From contig CM082585.2 of NCBI GenBank assembly GCA_040954595.2, forward strand, positions 1,550,318-1,614,317: a stretch of DNA of 64,000 nt, written 5' to 3'. Position numbers and translations under genes: made by a program. A model generated the notes under the pieces. The model saw only the letters and a list, made by a program, of their open reading frames with translations. It ran no database searches and was not told where the DNA came from. Positions 59,259 to 64,000 of the stretch are shown here, in pieces. The DNA is from Balanoglossus misakiensis (taxonomy: Eukaryota; Animalia; Hemichordata). Within the stretch, counting starts at the first letter, position 1. Each line of letters starts with the position of its first letter.

Positions 59259-59640
59259 TTAAATCACTTAAAATCATTCCCAAAGAATTTCAACCCAGTA
59301 AGAATTGTAAGGATCACAGATCTATCTTCTTTTGCCATTCTTTCTGGAAGTTTATAATATAAGCTAATCTGATACTGGGTCATTATGAAACTTTTTAACA
59401 GAAAAAATAACAAAATGTGAAAAAAGTTAAATGAGTTTAATTTGATAACTACATGTATAACGACAGAAAGGTTTGACCTAAGGAAGTCATATACAGTTAA
59501 CAGTCATTTCTTCTGTCGCGTACGACTTTTTATCCAGAAGGCAATTATTATGTGATTTGATCCCCTAGCACAAAATAAAAGGCAGCCAGGATTACACCAA
59601 ACCTGTGGATTGAATTCATTATTCCTTGTTTGGTATTTTT

Positions 59641-60384
59641 AGCTTGGCTGTCACTTGTGTCAGCCAAGCTGTAGCAGTAGGTTGATAAGTGTCCGTCTGT
59701 CGTCCGGCGTCCGTTGTCCGTCGTCCGTCAACTTTCGGTATTTCAATCTTCTTCGTTAAAACGACATTGCATATTTAGCTATAATTTGGTAGGAATGTGT
59801 GTTATGGTGCCCCTACCTGATTTTGTAAATTTGGATTTGATGGGGTCATAAATATGCAAATTAGATCTAAAAATAGAATGTTGGTCAAACATTTTCTTCT
59901 CCCTAACTACATGTACGATGGAGCTGAAATTTGGCAGGAATGTGTGTTATGGTGCCCCTACCTGATTTCATAAATTTGGATATGATCGGGTCATGAATAT
60001 GCAAATTAGATCTAAAAATATAATTTTTGGTAAAAAATCTTCTTCTCCCTAACTACATGTACGATGGAGCTGAAATTTGGTAGAATGTGTGTTATGGTGC
60101 CCCTACCTGATTTTGTTTTATTGGAATTTTGATCGGGTCATGAATATGCAAATTAGTACCTTGGTACTTCCTTTTGATGTTGTTCTTTAGGAATAAATTC
60201 TTTCTTTCTTTAGCACAATGAATCAGGCTGAATGTGGATATTAAATACTTGTGATGTCTATGTTTGGTTTTGTTTAATAGAATACAATTGTTATGATTAA
60301 AACCTAGGGTATTCATATCATTGCCCAGCTATAGGTTTCACTGTTAAAGTCAGCAGAGCTCTTTTGACCGATAGGTCACTTGTT
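59641..60384 (+). mobile_element. HINE/DINE-like element of a second family
   Basis: T-run, 10-bp stem agcttggctg/cagccaagct, CGTC microsatellite, ~146-bp tandem repeats, 3' hairpin tgacc-gata-ggtca then cttgtt. Confidence 0.75.
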
Positions 60385-60745
60385 TCTTTAAAGGTTGCCA
60401 GGGAATTGAAATTCTGCGTAGTTTTGGCACGATTCAGTCACCAGGGTATGATGTTAGCACTTACCCTGATGATGTTATGTGTAGCTGGTTAATCAAGGAA
60501 CCAACTGGAAGACCATTAACTCTTATCTTTGATGAGAACTTTGGATTAGAGAGGAACACAGATGTTGATTACATCATTGTGAGTATCAGATATGATCATG
60601 AGTCAGCCATGTTAAAAATATTTGTCATATTAAAAAATTTGTCATATTATTTTGCAGTGATTTTAGTTTGACAATTTTGGCAGACATTACTTCAAACTAT
60701 ACAACTTTGGAACACAATTTGGAAATTTAATTAATCACATATATA

Positions 60746-60951
60746 CTGTAAAACGGGATACTTTTGCAACATGAAATTTTCGCGTTATCAAAAGAGGCAA
60801 GTGTTATGCAACAATAACTTTTCACGTTCTTGTATTTCACTGCATCATTATCCCCGAAAAACATTTTTACGCAACTTTTTATTTTCATGTTTTGATGGCT
60901 CTCACGTAGATCGCGAAAATTTATTGTTTGCGAACATTTCCCATTTTACAG
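60746..60951. mobile_element. TA-flanked MITE (ctgtaaaa...ttttacag)
   Basis: ta|ctgtaaaacggga ... tcccattttacag|ta. Confidence 0.7.
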
Positions 60952-60997
60952 TATGTTGAGTAGCTGTTACAGCAGGAAATGCAACAAGGATTGAATA

Positions 60998-61192
60998 CTA
61001 TAAAATTTTCGTGAACGATAAATTTTCGTAAACTATGTGAGAGCCAAAAAATATGAAAATAAAAAGTCGCTTAAAATGCTTCAGAGATAACAATGCAGTA
61101 AAATATGCCAATGTGAAAATTAATTGTCGCGTAACAGTAGCCACCTTTGATATCGCGAAAATTTCCTGTTGTGAAGATTTCCCGTTTTACGG
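60998..61192. mobile_element. Degenerate TA-flanked MITE related to 60746-60951, opposite orientation
   Basis: Ends ...ttcccgttttacgg|ta; interior is reverse-complement-similar to the previous MITE. Confidence 0.55.
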
Positions 61193-61424
61193 TATTTACA
61201 ATGCATGCTTAATTTGTCTTTGTTTCTGAAGGTATACAATGGTACTGAGAGTGATGATGATGTCATTATTGGTCCATGGAGTGGCAATTCTGATGGAGTC
61301 ATTGATGGCACAGTGCCACCACCCGATTGCCGTACAGACATTGGACACTTTTCGGTTGTGTTCAGGAGTAGTAGAACACGACCAGCTAAAGGATTCAGGG
61401 CTTCATTTTCACCAGGTACACATA

Positions 61425-61631
61425 CTGTAAAACACTTTATTTTCACGAGTTGAAATTTTTCGCGACATCGAGAGAGGCCACTGTTTCGCCAGTATTAATT
61501 TTCGCGTTCTCTTATTTCATTCATTGCATCTTTATCTTCAAAAAAATTACGCAACTTTTTATTTTCACGCTATTTTGGCTCTCGCGTATTTCGCGAAAAT
61601 CTCTTGCTCGCGAAAATAAAGTGTTTTACAG
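61425..61631. mobile_element. TA-flanked MITE
   Basis: ta|ctgtaaaacactttattttc ... gaaaataaagtgttttacag|ta (20-bp TIR). Confidence 0.8.
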
Positions 61632-61852
61632 TAACTTACTAACATTTCAGAAAAAGTTGTTACAGAATTCTTAGAAACACACTCTCCCTTTATTCCTTGT
61701 GATTTAGAGTCATTAATTGAAAGGTGCAAATGTTTTTGAATTTTTACGAAACTTCAAAGAGCTGGAAAAACAGAGACAGTAATTTCTTACAATTGCAATG
61801 CAATTTTGGACCATTGACTGGAATGGCAACACTCTTGTATCACACTCAATAA

Positions 61853-62076
61853 AGTGATGGGGTCGTCGCACTGCGTTTGTTTGTTTATAAACATTGCAAT
61901 TCATCCACAAATCCCTGAAATTAGACAGCCACGACCTACTAGGATCTTCAGTTGCTGTCATGGACAGTCTAGGATACTGTCAGCTGCTTCGTTCATTCTA
62001 AGAATTATCTTATTTGAGGGATTTGTGGATGAATTGTAATGTTTATAAACAAACGCATTGCGACGACCCCTTCACT
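61853..62076. mobile_element. Palindromic MITE
   Basis: agtgatggggtcgtcgca...catccacaaatccct / agggatttgtggatg...tgcgacgaccccttcact|ttaa. Confidence 0.7.
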
Positions 62077-62779
62077 TTAAAACAACTGACATTTATGAGT
62101 TTAAGTATTTGTCTGCATGCATTCTTATCATTGTGATCCTTGTTCTGACAGACTGTCCCGAAATTGTGATTAGTGAGGGCGTGGTGACCAGTACAGAGAT
62201 AGAAGGTATGATGTCTCTGTCTCATTCCAATGCTCGGACGGTTATCCAGTAGTTAAAGGGGATGTCCGGTCTAGCTGATATCTACATAATTTTGTAGCTT
62301 TGAGGTCACTCTTTCAGGAAAAAAAAACATTTTCGCCGTGTATAAGTCGTACCAGCTATGCAAATATGCCTAGCCTGGTGTCTTGTATCCAAGATAATTA
62401 ATGAAAAAAGTGCAGTGATGAGAGAGACTTAATTTGTCTCTTGAATCTATTGTTAGCAACAACTTGAATGACACTAATTTGTTGTTTATTTTTTAGGAAT
62501 AACATGTGGTGGACCCCCTGAGTGCAGCAATGGAATTCTTACCAATGTTACCAGTACAGTGTATGGTGGCATTGCTTATTATCAATGCATTGAGGGCTAT
62601 CAGTTTATAAATAATGTGTCTTCATTGGAATGCCAAGCAGATGGTGTCTGGGGTCCACTTGTGCCCCAATGCGAGCGTAAGTTGATATTTTTGAAAACAA
62701 TTAAACTGCCATTGTAGTGCACACTTAGGAGACGGATTTTCAGAAAAATGTTAGTCCTCTGAACCTTTCAGTGCTTTAA

Positions 62780-63079
62780 AGCCACTAGAGCTGCCACTTT
62801 TTGCATTTATTTTCAGATTTTATTTTCCGACGTAGATTGGTACATTGAAATAATTAAGCTTACTGATAGGGATACAAGAACACGTCATCAATGCCTGATT
62901 GTGGCTGTATGTTGCAATTTAAACGTGCAATGTATTAAACAGGTGCCGTACCCATTTTATTAAAATCAGCCTCCATACAAACAGTATGCAGCTAGCTATC
63001 GTGGTATGCATCACCATAGATTTGAAAGGTTTTACTGTGGAAAAGAAAAAAATTGTGAAATTTGGCAGCTCTAGAGGCT
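62780..63079. mobile_element. TTAA-flanked MITE
   Basis: ttaa|agccactagagctgcca ... tggcagctctagaggct|ttaa. Confidence 0.75.
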
Positions 63080-64000
63080 TTAAAGTGTGTGATGAGTCGT
63101 TTTGAAAACAAAGTATAACACAGGGTGTTCACTGTCATGTTTTCATAAAAATCACTGACTCAAGTTGAAATTCTCTCCATAGCGTTATGATGGGGCACTT
63201 TGTGCTGGTTGCTACATTCCACATGGGTGTCTAATTGGGACATTACACACTGAATGTTAAACCAGACACTGGTAACTTGAAAATATGCAGGATTGTGAGG
63301 GTTACTGCTACATGTCCCTTTAAACCATTTTCCTAGTATTAACACACTTGTAATGTTATCTGTTCATCTTATCCAAACAGCTCGCGAGTGTCCACCACCG
63401 AATGTAGACAACTACTTATCATATGAAATTGTTAATGGTGATTCATTGATTTTTGGAACAACCATTGCCTACTCATGTCCATCTGGCTACAGTCTGACTG
63501 GCTACACTGTCTCTACATGTGGTGAAGATGGATCATGGATTGGAGATCCAGGATACTGTCAACGTAAGTCATTTAAGGATGTACATTCAGTAAAATTGAA
63601 AATATGGTCATTTCTTTTAATTGTTAATTTTTGGATTATCCTATGTGTCACGATATGATTTACATGGTCACCGGTCTGTGCAGTGACGACTTTTTGTTTG
63701 TGAATTCTGTTTTGTGAACGACAGTTCTGTGAATTTACATGTAGCAGACACAAGCACATGGTGTTTACAAGTTAGAGTAGGTATCTGAGCGGGTTATTAA
63801 CATATTGTAAGTGTTACATCTGTTGGGTGACATCGAGTACGCCAATCAGCTTCCGAGACCGCGTTTGAAACGGACGTGATGCAAAACTGGTCATATAAAA
63901 GGTCGATGCTTCGGGTCTTAGGGGCTCCACTCTACTTCCAGCGTTCTTCTGGTCACCGTGTGTTGCTTCGGGGTACAGAGTCACCGTCACCGTCACCGTC

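Larger units (their letters stand above)
57216..63563 (+). pseudogene. CUB- and Sushi/CCP-domain extracellular protein gene, internal exons, apparently disabled
   Basis: Exons 57216-57417, 57711-57862, 58623-58824, 60394-60578, 61232-61415, 62152-62205, 62497-62676, 63381-63563 with consistent phases; CUB motifs (FLSDSS..GF, SPGY..YP..CSWLI) and Sushi C..C..W..C; in-frame TGA at 57818 and CCG instead of CAG acceptor at 58620-58622. Confidence 0.8.

Noticed and set aside
63981-64000. (GTCACC)n hexamer run
   Set aside because: Truncated by the window edge; cannot be assigned

Overview
Eukaryotic (most likely invertebrate animal) genomic DNA. Positions ~1-57,016 are an AT-rich 78-bp satellite array interrupted by three kinds of mobile element: (i) two 1.5-kb non-autonomous Helentron-type (HINE/DINE-like) elements; (ii) an 18.1-kb head-to-tail trimer of a Ngaro-type tyrosine-recombinase retrotransposon (gag, RT-RNaseH, YR, split direct repeats) containing a variable-copy 734-bp internal repeat; (iii) a 16.5-kb full-length Helentron (minus strand; cysteine-protease-like domain, HUH Rep, PIF1 helicase, EEP endonuclease, plus a 4-exon RPA70-like gene) with the same termini as the HINEs. 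All three Helentron-family elements sit at the same position of the satellite monomer. From 57.2 kb there are + strand exons of a CUB/Sushi-domain host gene with a nonsense codon and a broken splice acceptor, and MITE-filled introns; the whole satellite/TE block appears to lie in one of its introns. The most notable sequence-level observations are an in-frame gag-to-YR splice, a -1 slippery heptamer created by the 734-bp duplication, SNP evidence that the trimer arose by unequal crossover, and a HINE duplicated together with 1.08 kb of satellite with the breakpoint at the element end. All calls are by eye; no database searches were run.
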